Positions 37,456 to 46,980 of a stretch of 54,027 bases of DNA are shown one piece after another (position 1 is the first letter of the stretch; each line of letters opens with the position of its first letter). A model generated the notes under the pieces. It was not told where the DNA came from, searched no databases, and was given only the letters and a program-made list of their open reading frames with translations. Origin of the DNA: an uncultured Candidatus Saccharibacteria bacterium (GTDB taxonomy: Bacteria; Patescibacteriota; Saccharimonadia; Saccharimonadales; Saccharimonadaceae). The stretch lies in assembly GCA_964471175.1 (NCBI GenBank), contig CAYYEY010000001.1:1-54027 (forward strand). The letters run 5' to 3'. The position numbers and the translations under genes are program-made.

Positions 37456-39609
37456 CTAGATCTTGTTGAATGTCCACTTCTGTGAGTCTGTATCATTCGA
37501 GCTCCAAGTTTGGATGTTAGTTCCATTACTACTATTACCGCCAGAGACGTCTAAAACTTTATCCGAGCAAGCGGAATATAAACTATATTTCCCATCAGTT
37601 CGCTTATGTAGATGCCAGAATTGTGCGCAAGTGCCGTTCCAGTCCCAGATGTGGACATTGGCGCCATTGCTTGACAGTCCACCACTGACATCTAGCACGC
37701 GGTTAGTGGTAGGGTTTTTGATGATATAAGCACGCTGAGCTGCATTATAGGCAACCTGGAACTTTTGTGCATTAGTGCCATTTGACGTATATAGCTGAAT
37801 ATTTGTGCCATTCTTTGCTCTGTCAGTACCAGCAGTGATATCTGCTACTTTTTTACTATCAAGTGCTGAGACAATTTCATAATTACCGTCTGCGAGCGTG
37901 TTTAGTTTATGTAACTGCCACTTTTGTGCATTAGTGTTATTCAATGTATAAATCTGCAATTTTTGGAATACATTATTAATATTACCCCCTGGAACGTCAA
38001 TCGCTTTGCTGGAACAGGCGGAAAGGAACAAATATCCTGTTAATCCGGTTTTTTCTACAATCCATTTTTGTGCGCACGTGCTATTATAATCATATAGCTG
38101 AACCATAGCACCATTGTCTTTACTACCGCCAGCAACATCGAGTACTCTTCCGGATGCCATGTTCTTTATGGTGTAATATCCATCCTCTGCTCTTGTAAAT
38201 GAGAACTGCTGATTATTGCCATAGGTATATTCAAATGTATGAAGTTTGGTGCCGTTGGCAGTTTTACCGTCAACAATATCCATAGTTTTTTCTGATAACG
38301 TGGTCGGGACATATACTCCGTCAGATACTGCGGCCGAGGCCGTATCAATTAATTTGTATTGTTGTGACGCTGTTTTATTATTATCGTAGATTTGTAGCTC
38401 TAGACCCTCAGTGTTCATATTACCCCCTGGCACATCAAGCGCTTTCCAAGAACATGCTGATCTTAAAGTGTAACTGCCATTGTCTTTATTGTCCGCAAAA
38501 TACCATTTTTGGGAGCAAGTGCCATTAGCTGTATAAAGTTGCACACCAACACCGTTTGTCGTTCCGCCGCCAGCTACATCCAAGACCAATCCAGTAGCCA
38601 CATTTCTAATTACATAAAAATCTCCAGATCTTTCAAATTTAAATTGACGATTGGCTTCGCTTGCGTTGCTTGAGATAATAATCCTTGAGCCTATAGTATC
38701 ACCAGCCGCTGCGATGTATTTTCCAGTACTAGTTTTAAACGTATAAGTATCTATACCAGAAACATGAATACTACTGAGCGTTGCATGTGTATCTCCAAAC
38801 CAGCTAGTAAAGAGACGATAAAAGTTTGAATTACCATAAGCACCACAATGAACAGTTGTACCTGGATTAGCATTTAAAACCGCATCGTTTGGCTGGTAAG
38901 GCGTATAAGTATATAACGCGCCGGTCGCCAAATTTTCTATATTGACAATCGAACTGCCACAGTTTTGATCTGGATTATAAAGTACTGAGTTTCTACCGAT
39001 TGGATAATTGGTCCAGTTTGGGTCTCCGTCTAAGTTTTTACGGAAAAATTTAGCCGAGTTTCTAACCTGATTTTTAAAGCCATAGTATTGAGAATCACAA
39101 GCTGCTGTATCTGGACAACCATAACCAGTTGCTGAACGATATTGCAAATCGGAATTAGGCCAAGTATCCGTTATTAAGCCCTGCTCTTTTTCTAATAAGA
39201 CAATAAGAACTTTTGGGTTAATTCGATAGTCTTGGGCTGCTTGCCAAATAATGTGTGCGGCAGATTCGCCGTCAAAGCTTTCCTCTGCCATACAAACAAA
39301 ATGGCCATTTACGATATGATAATTATGATCAGGGTAAATATTAGCAAGTGAAGTGTTGGTATTATTACAAGAATTTTTTGATTTTAAAAAGGACTGAATG
39401 CTGCTTTCTGACATTGAGGTATAATCACTCATAATATAATCTGACATAATGTTTCCAGCATTAAAGCCGTCATAAGCAGGATGCACAGCAGTGGTGTTTG
39501 CCATGTTCATAAAAGTTAGAAACCCTAATACTACCATCACCGAAAAAACAAACAACAAAAATAGTTTGTCCGGAAAACTAAACATTCTTCTTGCTACTTT
39601 GCTTTCCAT
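37456..39609 (-). CDS. Secreted or anchored protein: conserved N-terminal domain plus three ricin-type beta-trefoil lectin domains
   Basis: N-terminal TM; domain with INPKVLIVLLEKEQGL, ATGYGCPDTAAC and LYTYTP; repeated LDVxGG..NG..(V/I)Q(L/I)Y..N.T.AQ(K/F)W units. Confidence 0.85.
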   Translation of the reverse strand: MESKVARRMFSFPDKLFLLFVFSVMVVLGFLTFMNMANTTAVHPAYDGFNAGNIMSDYIMSDYTSMSESSIQSFLKSKNSCNNTNTSLANIYPDHNYHIVNGHFVCMAEESFDGESAAHIIWQAAQDYRINPKVLIVLLEKEQGLITDTWPNSDLQYRSATGYGCPDTAACDSQYYGFKNQVRNSAKFFRKNLDGDPNWTNYPIGRNSVLYNPDQNCGSSIVNIENLATGALYTYTPYQPNDAVLNANPGTTVHCGAYGNSNFYRLFTSWFGDTHATLSSIHVSGIDTYTFKTSTGKYIAAAGDTIGSRIIISSNASEANRQFKFERSGDFYVIRNVATGLVLDVAGGGTTNGVGVQLYTANGTCSQKWYFADNKDNGSYTLRSACSWKALDVPGGNMNTEGLELQIYDNNKTASQQYKLIDTASAAVSDGVYVPTTLSEKTMDIVDGKTANGTKLHTFEYTYGNNQQFSFTRAEDGYYTIKNMASGRVLDVAGGSKDNGAMVQLYDYNSTCAQKWIVEKTGLTGYLFLSACSSKAIDVPGGNINNVFQKLQIYTLNNTNAQKWQLHKLNTLADGNYEIVSALDSKKVADITAGTDRAKNGTNIQLYTSNGTNAQKFQVAYNAAQRAYIIKNPTTNRVLDVSGGLSSNGANVHIWDWNGTCAQFWHLHKRTDGKYSLYSACSDKVLDVSGGNSSNGTNIQTWSSNDTDSQKWTFNKI

Positions 39610-40200
39610 TTAAATGCTAACCTCTCCTGTAATAATTCCTTCTTTGTTTCCACCTGTAACTTTAACAGAAATAGTCCAATATCCAGAAGTAATGCTTGCT
39701 GCTGGTATTGAATATGAACAAAAACTGGTAGTTGGACCAGCGTTGGTACTAGACGTATCGGTAACAACAATTCCTGTGGTGCTGGTTAGAGTAAAGCTAC
39801 AGGTCCCTGAATTACCAAGCGCTTGGTCAAGTGTAGCTCGAATTATAAAATTTTCTCCACTGATCCCCGCATAATTAATGTTACCGGTAATTGCTTCGAG
39901 TTCGTTAGGATCACCACCCTCATACTGCGATACTGACGCTTTTTCTGTTTCTCGTGGTGCGGTCTCATTCTTAGTAGATTCTCCATTGCTTTCTGACTTA
40001 TGGGCTGAGCTATTGGCAGTGTCTTTTTGGTCATTATTTGTGGTTTCTGAACTACCACTATTGACAAAAATTCGATCACGATTCAAGAATACAACTACCC
40101 CTGCTGCTATTAATGCCCCAACTAGGATACAGATAATAATCGCTACTACGGTGTATTTATGTCGACTGCCCTTTGGCCTTCTCCTAGTAATTGTTTCCAT
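39610..40200 (-). CDS. Hypothetical membrane-anchored protein with a low-complexity linker and a small beta-rich C-domain
   Basis: TM helix, Ser/Glu/Thr/Asn linker, and a C-terminal domain with a Cys pair; TGATAAAAT lies 7 nt upstream of the ATG. Confidence 0.78.
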   Translation of the reverse strand: METITRRRPKGSRHKYTVVAIIICILVGALIAAGVVVFLNRDRIFVNSGSSETTNNDQKDTANSSAHKSESNGESTKNETAPRETEKASVSQYEGGDPNELEAITGNINYAGISGENFIIRATLDQALGNSGTCSFTLTSTTGIVVTDTSSTNAGPTTSFCSYSIPAASITSGYWTISVKVTGGNKEGIITGEVSI

Positions 40201-40268
40201 ACCTGTAATTTTATCACAATATCACCTATATGGCAAGACGTATATGCTTTTTTCAGGAAATTTCAAGG

Positions 40269-41297
40269 TTACTTAAACAGCCCCAGGTGCTTTCCCCCAT
40301 CGTAAATCATAGTTGGAATACCTTTTGGTTTGATTTCGGTACCAACAAGATTAATATTATTCTCTAATTTTTCAATGGTCTCCTTACTATCAATACTATT
40401 TATAATTTCCTCGACGTTTTCTTTTGATACTCCCCATTCTAGAAGCCAGCCGGCTAATAGTTGTTTGGCATCATCCTTTCCAATTTGGTCATTAAAGACT
40501 GCTTGGTAGATCGTGCCTTCTTGGTTATATTCCGTAAATATGCGGTCGATAATTTTTGCGGAGTATTCATCTGTCCCAAGAACATCATTAGCAGCGAGAA
40601 TAAATTTGGAAATTAACTCGGAATTCTTAAACCTAAGTTCTCCGTTTGTGTTCTTGATCGGATACAAAACGACTCGAATTTGATGCTTATCTAAGAAATC
40701 CTGGTTCTTTTTAATATTTTTGTACGACTGAAGGCAGACAGAACAGCCTGGGTCAATAATAGCTAAAGCAATATTATCACTGTATTTGTTTCCTGTAGTA
40801 AATGATACGGCAAAATCATAGCTAGATACATCCCAGTTTTTAAGGCGGTCTGGAATATTATTAAATATTTCTCCCCATTCAGAGAACCAGTTGAGATTAT
40901 CCTCATCTAACCCACAAGAGTCTGCGCCAAGTGCACAATTAGATGGCTGAGAAACATTGCAAGTACCAAAGACCCAAAGCGACAACCCAGCTTTAGCAGC
41001 CTCAATAATGGACCAAGCTGTCAGGATGACTAGAAGCACGCTGGCGATTTCAATAGTAATGCTGAGCGGTTTTACTAATTTTGGTTTTTTTATAATAACT
41101 TTTTTTAACAAAATGGTTTTGACGTCATCGGAAAAATTGGTATCACATTTCTGTAAGCGGACTTTTTTACCAAAGCAGTGGAAGGATTTTTTCAAAACTT
41201 TGAGGTATTTTTTGCCAAAATCTCTTTTGAAAATAGAAATGAAGGCTACAAAAATGCCAATTAGAAGTAAAACGATAAATGCTGCTACACAAACCAT
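40269..41297 (-). CDS. Membrane-anchored thioredoxin-fold (DsbA-like) CxxC protein
   Basis: Two TM segments, DPGCSVC, V(L)YP, C-terminal KGIPTM (cis-Pro loop); additional Cys residues in the N-terminal part. Confidence 0.65.
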   Translation of the reverse strand: MVCVAAFIVLLLIGIFVAFISIFKRDFGKKYLKVLKKSFHCFGKKVRLQKCDTNFSDDVKTILLKKVIIKKPKLVKPLSITIEIASVLLVILTAWSIIEAAKAGLSLWVFGTCNVSQPSNCALGADSCGLDEDNLNWFSEWGEIFNNIPDRLKNWDVSSYDFAVSFTTGNKYSDNIALAIIDPGCSVCLQSYKNIKKNQDFLDKHQIRVVLYPIKNTNGELRFKNSELISKFILAANDVLGTDEYSAKIIDRIFTEYNQEGTIYQAVFNDQIGKDDAKQLLAGWLLEWGVSKENVEEIINSIDSKETIEKLENNINLVGTEIKPKGIPTMIYDGGKHLGLFK

Positions 41298-41311
41298 ATA
41301 TATATTATATA

Positions 41312-42484
41312 CTAAATTTTATCTAAGGCTTGAATTACCTTTTCAATATCTGAGGATCTAGTGTGGTAGCCTAAAGAAAATCTAATTAGTGGCGGATAGT
41401 GTTTAACGTGGTCTAAATAATAATGCACACAGAAATAACCAGTGCGTGCCATGATTCCTTCCCCAGCAAGTGCAGCGCCAAGAATATGGCTATCATAGCC
41501 AAGCTCCTTTTTATCAACGTAGAATGACATCGTGGTAGCCGGTGCATCGTTGATAAGATGAATGTGTTCTTTGCTTTTTAGAAACTCCCAAAGCTTTTTC
41601 GAATTATTGTCTAATTTTTGATGATCCTCTTTAGATAAACTATTAAGCCAATCAATAGCCGCACCTAGTCCAATAATTTCTCCCCAGGCTTGGAGGCCAG
41701 CCTCAAACTGGGTATAAAGATGCTCTTTATTATCTTTGGACAAAAGATAAGTTTCTTTGCCAACATCATCAACCATACCGCCACCAATAAAAGTAGTATC
41801 AATTAGCTTAGCAAAATCTTTTCTAATAACAATACCACCAAGTGACGGTGCATACATTTTGTGAGCGGAAAAACAGATTGCGTCCGGTTCTACCCCGAGT
41901 AAGATTTCTTTAGAATGGGCCATAGACTGAGCAGCGTCAATCACTACAAATCCATGGGTTTTATGGACTTTTTTGATAACTTCTTTGATATTTACAAGTA
42001 ATCTACCGTCAATATTTGATGCACAATTTACTACTAAAAGCGCCCGTGCCGGAATATCGTCTAGGTTAATTGAGCCATCGTCATTTCTTGTAATAACCTT
42101 TCTGCTCAGGTGATTTTTCTTGGCACAGGAAATAGTAGAAAGGAATGGTGAATTATGCTCGATATCAGAAGTGACAATAGTTTTAATACCAGCCCTTTTG
42201 ACGTCAATTTGAGAAAGAATAAGGTTAAGACCATAAGTGGTATTTAATGTAAAAGAAACAAAGTAATGACGTGGGCTTTTCTTTAGATATTTTAAAACTT
42301 TTAGGCGAGTGTCCTCTACTTTTTCATCGGTAGTCACTCCCCAATCATATTTAACGCGTTCACCACAAGAATTGTGTTCTTTATAATATTGGTTTAAAGC
42401 ATCAATCACTGGTTGTGGGCGAAGTGATTGGCAGGCGCTATCTAAATAAATTGAGCTTTTTTTCAAGTAGCTAAAATCTTTCAT
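41312..42484 (-). CDS. Class V PLP aminotransferase, SufS/CsdA-like cysteine desulfurase
   Basis: Motifs YLDSAC, EHNS, DAAQ, SAHKM and RTGYFC (catalytic Cys loop). Confidence 0.85.
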   Translation of the reverse strand: MKDFSYLKKSSIYLDSACQSLRPQPVIDALNQYYKEHNSCGERVKYDWGVTTDEKVEDTRLKVLKYLKKSPRHYFVSFTLNTTYGLNLILSQIDVKRAGIKTIVTSDIEHNSPFLSTISCAKKNHLSRKVITRNDDGSINLDDIPARALLVVNCASNIDGRLLVNIKEVIKKVHKTHGFVVIDAAQSMAHSKEILLGVEPDAICFSAHKMYAPSLGGIVIRKDFAKLIDTTFIGGGMVDDVGKETYLLSKDNKEHLYTQFEAGLQAWGEIIGLGAAIDWLNSLSKEDHQKLDNNSKKLWEFLKSKEHIHLINDAPATTMSFYVDKKELGYDSHILGAALAGEGIMARTGYFCVHYYLDHVKHYPPLIRFSLGYHTRSSDIEKVIQALDKI

Positions 42485-43428
42485 GTGACCTTTCTTTGCA
42501 AATTATGTTTTAAAAGCGCGACGGTAATTAATTTTTGCTCAAATTCTCTACTATCTCGGACAAGAGAAATCTTGGAGTAAAAACCAATAATGTAGAAAAG
42601 TAACGAGATCATAAATATAAAACTAACTATGATAAGCGTTGGAATACGTGGGACTAATCCGGTGGAAAGATATTCAACAAAAATTGGAATAAACAGAACT
42701 AACCCTACGGCAACTAAAACCGTAGCAATAGTGCAGAAAAATAGAAGTGGTTTGTAGGCAATTATAAGATAAAGGATCGTGCGTAAGACTTTGAAGCCAT
42801 CGGAAAAAGTACTAAGTTTACTTTCGCTGCCTTCTGGACGGTCTTTGTAGGAAATGGTAATATTTTCTGTGCGCATACGGCGAAAAGCTGCATGAATAGA
42901 CATTTCAGTTTCGATTTCAAAACCACGTGATAAAACTGGAAAAGTTTTGACAAATTCATAGCTCATTGCGCGATAACCGGTCATGATGTCTGTGATATCG
43001 CTCTTAAATATTTTATTAATTAGTAAACGTACTAGATTGTTGCCAAAATTATGAAAGGCACGTTTATTCTCCTCGTAGTATGCTCCAGACAGACGGTCGC
43101 CGACTACCATCTCAGCACGTTTTTCTTTAATCATTTTAACCATATTCGGGGCATCTGCAGCGGAATAAGTGGCATCGCCATCTACCATAATATAGACTTC
43201 GGCGTTGATTTCTCTAAACATTCTACGAATAACATTCCCTTTTCCCTGAGAATATTCATGACGAACAATTGCGCCAGCGGATTTTGCTAGACTTGCAGTT
43301 TTATCTGTAGAATTATTGTCGTAAACGTAAATTATAGCTTCTGGTAAATGCTTTTTGAAATCACTTACGACTCTCTCAATAGTTTTTTCCTCGTTATAAC
43401 AAGGAATTAATACTGCAATTTTATCCAT
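42481..43428 (-). CDS. GT2 polyprenol-phosphate glycosyltransferase (DPM1/ArnC-like)
   Basis: Motifs LIPCYNEE, DNNSTD, GKG, VDGDATY, DIMTGYR and GFEIETE; two C-terminal TM helices. Confidence 0.88.
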   Translation of the reverse strand: MDKIAVLIPCYNEEKTIERVVSDFKKHLPEAIIYVYDNNSTDKTASLAKSAGAIVRHEYSQGKGNVIRRMFREINAEVYIMVDGDATYSAADAPNMVKMIKEKRAEMVVGDRLSGAYYEENKRAFHNFGNNLVRLLINKIFKSDITDIMTGYRAMSYEFVKTFPVLSRGFEIETEMSIHAAFRRMRTENITISYKDRPEGSESKLSTFSDGFKVLRTILYLIIAYKPLLFFCTIATVLVAVGLVLFIPIFVEYLSTGLVPRIPTLIIVSFIFMISLLFYIIGFYSKISLVRDSREFEQKLITVALLKHNLQRKVT

Positions 43429-43448
43429 ATATATATTATATAACTATC

Positions 43449-44411
43449 TTAGAGATTTTTGGACTTTTTCTTATTGATGATATAGAGCGGACGACCTTGA
43501 GTTTCGGCATGAATATGCGAAATATAAAGAGCAGAAATTGCTTGAGAAATAAGTACAAGGCCAACTAGGAAAGTAATAAAGATAGCCATCTGAACGGCGC
43601 CGTTCCAATAAAGATGAAGTGGATCGCCTAATATATACTGTTGAACAATGACGAATATACCTAGTAGAAATGAAAATACTGTGATAATAGCACCAATGTA
43701 ACCAAAAATAACTAGTGGTGTAGTAGACATAGAAATAAAACTATCAATAGCAAGGTGAAATAGTTTTGATAGATTATAGGATGGTTTACCGGCAATTCTC
43801 GCGCCATAAGTATATTTAATATATTCCTGCTTAAATCCAAGCCAATCAATAAGGCCTCTTGTGATACGATTATGTTCAGATAATTCATTAAACTCATCTA
43901 CGACTGCGCGATCGATTAGTCGGTAATCGGTACTTCCAGGGACAGTGTGTTTATTCCCCATTTTACGAAGCATCCAATAGAATAGTTTGCTGCCAGTTTT
44001 CTGGATAAATCCATGCTTAGTAAAGTGATCACGAACTCCTGTGACAACCTCAGCTCCTTTTTCCCACTTTTTGATAAATTCTGGGATAAGATTTGGTGGT
44101 TGTTGACCATCAGCGTCAATAGTTAGTACTGCCTCACCTTTTGCAAGCTTAAGACCGGCGGAAAGAGCCGCTTCTTTACCAAAATTTCGAGAAAGCGAAA
44201 TGAGTTTAAAGCCTTTGGATTTGTTAGTATATTTCTCTAAAATTGTTGCAGATTTATCAGTTGAACCATCGTCGACAAAAATAATTTCAAATTTGTAACC
44301 CTTGATTTTATCTAGTTCTGGTAATAATTTATTATCTAAAAATTCTGGTAAAACTTCTGCTTCGTTATGGATGGGGATGACTATTGATATAATTGGATCT
44401 AGAATGCCCAT
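43449..44411 (-). CDS. GtrB/YkcC-like bactoprenol glycosyltransferase (GT2)
   Basis: Motifs LSRNFGKEAALSAGL, IDADGQQPP, DYRLIDR and GRPLYII; two C-terminal TM helices. Confidence 0.9.
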   Translation of the reverse strand: MGILDPIISIVIPIHNEAEVLPEFLDNKLLPELDKIKGYKFEIIFVDDGSTDKSATILEKYTNKSKGFKLISLSRNFGKEAALSAGLKLAKGEAVLTIDADGQQPPNLIPEFIKKWEKGAEVVTGVRDHFTKHGFIQKTGSKLFYWMLRKMGNKHTVPGSTDYRLIDRAVVDEFNELSEHNRITRGLIDWLGFKQEYIKYTYGARIAGKPSYNLSKLFHLAIDSFISMSTTPLVIFGYIGAIITVFSFLLGIFVIVQQYILGDPLHLYWNGAVQMAIFITFLVGLVLISQAISALYISHIHAETQGRPLYIINKKKSKNL

Positions 44412-44744
44412 TTAGTTCTCCGATAATTCTATACCTAATATTTTAGCAGATTTTCTTAGAATTTCAAGGTCCTCCTCAGAGGCGGATTCCATTTTTTGAC
44501 GAAACAGTGCTACAGTTTCTGGATAGGTAAAATCGATAACTTCTAGAGAGCGAGCAGTGCCTGGAACTTTTCTAAGGGCTCCAAGGGCGACAAGATTTTC
44601 AATGTGCTCGGCAACAGCAGATACCGAGGAAAGTCCTAGTCCGGCGCAGACATCTCGATAAGATGGCGAATAGCCATGGATATTAATGAAGTCAGATATG
44701 TAGTCATAGACCAGCTGTTGTTTCTTAGTCAATTTGATACTCAT
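44412..44744 (-). CDS. LexA-type winged-helix DNA-binding protein lacking the S24 peptidase domain
   Basis: LTKKQ..VYDYI..HGYSPSYRDVCAGLGLSSVSAVAEHIENL..GALRK..ARSL, followed by only about 40 further residues. Confidence 0.85.
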   Translation of the reverse strand: MSIKLTKKQQLVYDYISDFINIHGYSPSYRDVCAGLGLSSVSAVAEHIENLVALGALRKVPGTARSLEVIDFTYPETVALFRQKMESASEEDLEILRKSAKILGIELSEN

Positions 44745-44807
44745 CTTGTAATAATTATAACACTTTTGATGGCTTTTTGGTGATGCTTATGTTATAATGG
44801 AATAATA

Positions 44808-46442
44808 GTGGCTAACAATACTGCGAGAACTATAGATGGTATGAGAACACGTCGGTCATCCGGAAGACGACCGCAAGTGGGTGATTTTGATAATCCTAGA
44901 CCTAGACAGTTAGTTACTAAACCAAAGGCTAAAACCCCAAATTTTGGGCTCGAAAAAGATGCCGCGGAAAAGGAGAAAAGCCGTTTAAAGGCTAGCGAAG
45001 ATTTTCTAAAACCTGTTTCTACTCTTAATTTCGATCTCTCCTCTAAAGATTTAAGACCAGATTATAGTCTAAAGAAACGAAGTTTAAAAGAACGAGAAAA
45101 AGCTGCAAGACATAAGGAAAAGAGTATGAAAAAGAAACATAAGGGTTTAAAAATTTTAATTGTAATCTTTGTAATTTTGGGTCTGGGTGTTGGGGCATTC
45201 GCTATTTGGGGAAATGCTTTAATTGCTAAATTAACTGGTGGACGTTCTGGATTGTTTGATTTTATCGGCGCAGTATCTAGTAATGTGAAATTAAAAACTG
45301 ATAGCAACGGCAGAACTAATGTCTTAATTTTCGGTACCTCTGGTTATGATATGGAAGGTACTGAGGGAGATTATGCACACGATGGGGCGATGTTGACAGA
45401 TTCTATTATGGTAGTATCTTTAGACCAGGAAACAGATGATGTTGCAATGATTAGCTTACCACGTGATCTTTATGTCGGCAAAACATGCACTTCTACTGGT
45501 AAGATTAATGAGGTATATTGGTGTGCAAATATTGATGGTACGAACGAGGAAGGTGGTGCTCAAGCGTTAATTAACACTACTAGTGATGTCTTAGGAATTG
45601 ATATTCAATATTGGATACACCTTGACTGGGCGGCACTTGTCTCCGTAGTTGATAATTTAGGCGGGATCACTGTGACACTTGATGAGAATATTGCCGATAC
45701 TTGGACTCAAACTTTTATTACAGCCGGTGTTCCTACGGATCTTAGTGGCGAGAAGGCATTAGGTCTTGCCCGCGCTCGGCACGGTACGGAAGCTGGAGAT
45801 TTCACGCGTGGAAATAGCCAACAAAAGATCCTGGTAGGAATCCAAAATAAAGTCGTAGATCAAGGTCTTGATTTTGGACAAATTTTAAGTCTTGTGGACA
45901 TCATTGGTGACAACGTGAGAATGAATTTTAATATTGACGAGATTAAAACTTTACTTGCAATCGCAAAAGACTTGTCCCTTGATACGATGCGTCAGGTACC
46001 ACTTGTCGATTATGACAATAATATATATTATGTAAAGACGGCTGAGATGAATGGCATATCATATGTTGTGCCATCTGCCGGAACATCTAATTATACTGAG
46101 ATTCAGAAATACGTAAAGAAAATGTTCTCCTCTGATCCTTCCGTCAGAGAGGATGCAACTATTGCCGTATTAAATGGATCTGGTGAAGTAGGTGCAGCTA
46201 GCCAAGAAAAGGTCAAATTGACGAATGATGGATATAGCGTAGTAGTAGATAATGCACCGGAAGGAGAGTATGTTGAAGCTTACTATGTCTATCAGATTAA
46301 CGACAAGACTCCTGGTACAGCAACTGCACTTGCTAAAAGATACGAAACTACAGTACACCCAAAAACTGAGTTACCTGCTGGCATTGATACCACCAATATC
46401 GACATCGTGGTGATCGTCGGAAAACAAACTACTAGTGAGTGA
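44808..46442 (+). CDS. LytR-CpsA-Psr (LCP) family glycopolymer transferase with a LytR C-terminal domain
   Basis: TM helix; motifs NVLIFG, TDSIMV, ISLPRD, ARARH, DFTR..QQ; C-terminal VLNGSG...DIVVIVG. GTG start, with TGTTATAAT upstream. Confidence 0.92.
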   Translation: MANNTARTIDGMRTRRSSGRRPQVGDFDNPRPRQLVTKPKAKTPNFGLEKDAAEKEKSRLKASEDFLKPVSTLNFDLSSKDLRPDYSLKKRSLKEREKAARHKEKSMKKKHKGLKILIVIFVILGLGVGAFAIWGNALIAKLTGGRSGLFDFIGAVSSNVKLKTDSNGRTNVLIFGTSGYDMEGTEGDYAHDGAMLTDSIMVVSLDQETDDVAMISLPRDLYVGKTCTSTGKINEVYWCANIDGTNEEGGAQALINTTSDVLGIDIQYWIHLDWAALVSVVDNLGGITVTLDENIADTWTQTFITAGVPTDLSGEKALGLARARHGTEAGDFTRGNSQQKILVGIQNKVVDQGLDFGQILSLVDIIGDNVRMNFNIDEIKTLLAIAKDLSLDTMRQVPLVDYDNNIYYVKTAEMNGISYVVPSAGTSNYTEIQKYVKKMFSSDPSVREDATIAVLNGSGEVGAASQEKVKLTNDGYSVVVDNAPEGEYVEAYYVYQINDKTPGTATALAKRYETTVHPKTELPAGIDTTNIDIVVIVGKQTTSE

Positions 46443-46463
46443 TAAAATTAGTATTAATTGAGT

Positions 46464-46500
46464 AAAAACCTTATCCCTAACTTCTAAGAATAAGGTTTTT
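46464..46500. terminator. Probable bidirectional terminator between the LCP gene and jag
   Basis: AAAAACCTTAT...ATAAGGTTTTT inverted repeat between convergent stop codons. Confidence 0.65.
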
Positions 46501-46504
46501 ATCA

Positions 46505-46978
46505 CTATTCGTCGCTCGCGTCAGCAGTTTTTTCAATAACCAGCTGACGTTCCCTGCCTTCGCCTTCAGAATGAGTGGATATGCCGTAATAATCTTCTGC
46601 TAATTTGTGGACTACACGGCGATCTGCTGGAGAAAGATTAAGACGCATCGGTTCCCCAGTTTCACGAACCTTCTTGATCCAACCCTCAGCTTTTTCTGCA
46701 ATGCGATCTGCACGTTGACGCTTATAGTCAGCAACATCAACGTTGACACGGGTAATTTCTGCTCCTCTTGCAGTAAGCGCTTGAGAGACAATGTATTGGA
46801 GGGCACGCAGATTGTCGGCGTTTCTACCAATTAATAGTGAGTTCATCGAGGTAGATGGTACCGATAATTGTATCACTTCTTCGTCTACTGTAGAATCTAC
46901 TGCAACATTGATCCCAAAGAAACTTAAGAGGTCCTCTAGGTATTTGGTGGCAAAACGAACGGATTCATCTTTATCCAT
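46505..46978 (-). CDS. jag: Jag/KhpB (EloR)-like KH-R3H RNA-binding protein, without the Jag_N domain
   Basis: LLIGRNADNLRALQY (KH), RRVVH (R3H) and SEGEGRER; lies downstream of yidC. Confidence 0.85.
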   Translation of the reverse strand: MDKDESVRFATKYLEDLLSFFGINVAVDSTVDEEVIQLSVPSTSMNSLLIGRNADNLRALQYIVSQALTARGAEITRVNVDVADYKRQRADRIAEKAEGWIKKVRETGEPMRLNLSPADRRVVHKLAEDYYGISTHSEGEGRERQLVIEKTADASDE

Positions 46979-46980
46979 AA

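Noticed and set aside
37456-38750. Repeated DNA segments that could suggest a CRISPR array or a DGR template/variable repeat
   Set aside because: They are degenerate in-frame ricin-domain repeats. There are no identical spaced repeats and no cas or reverse transcriptase gene in the window.
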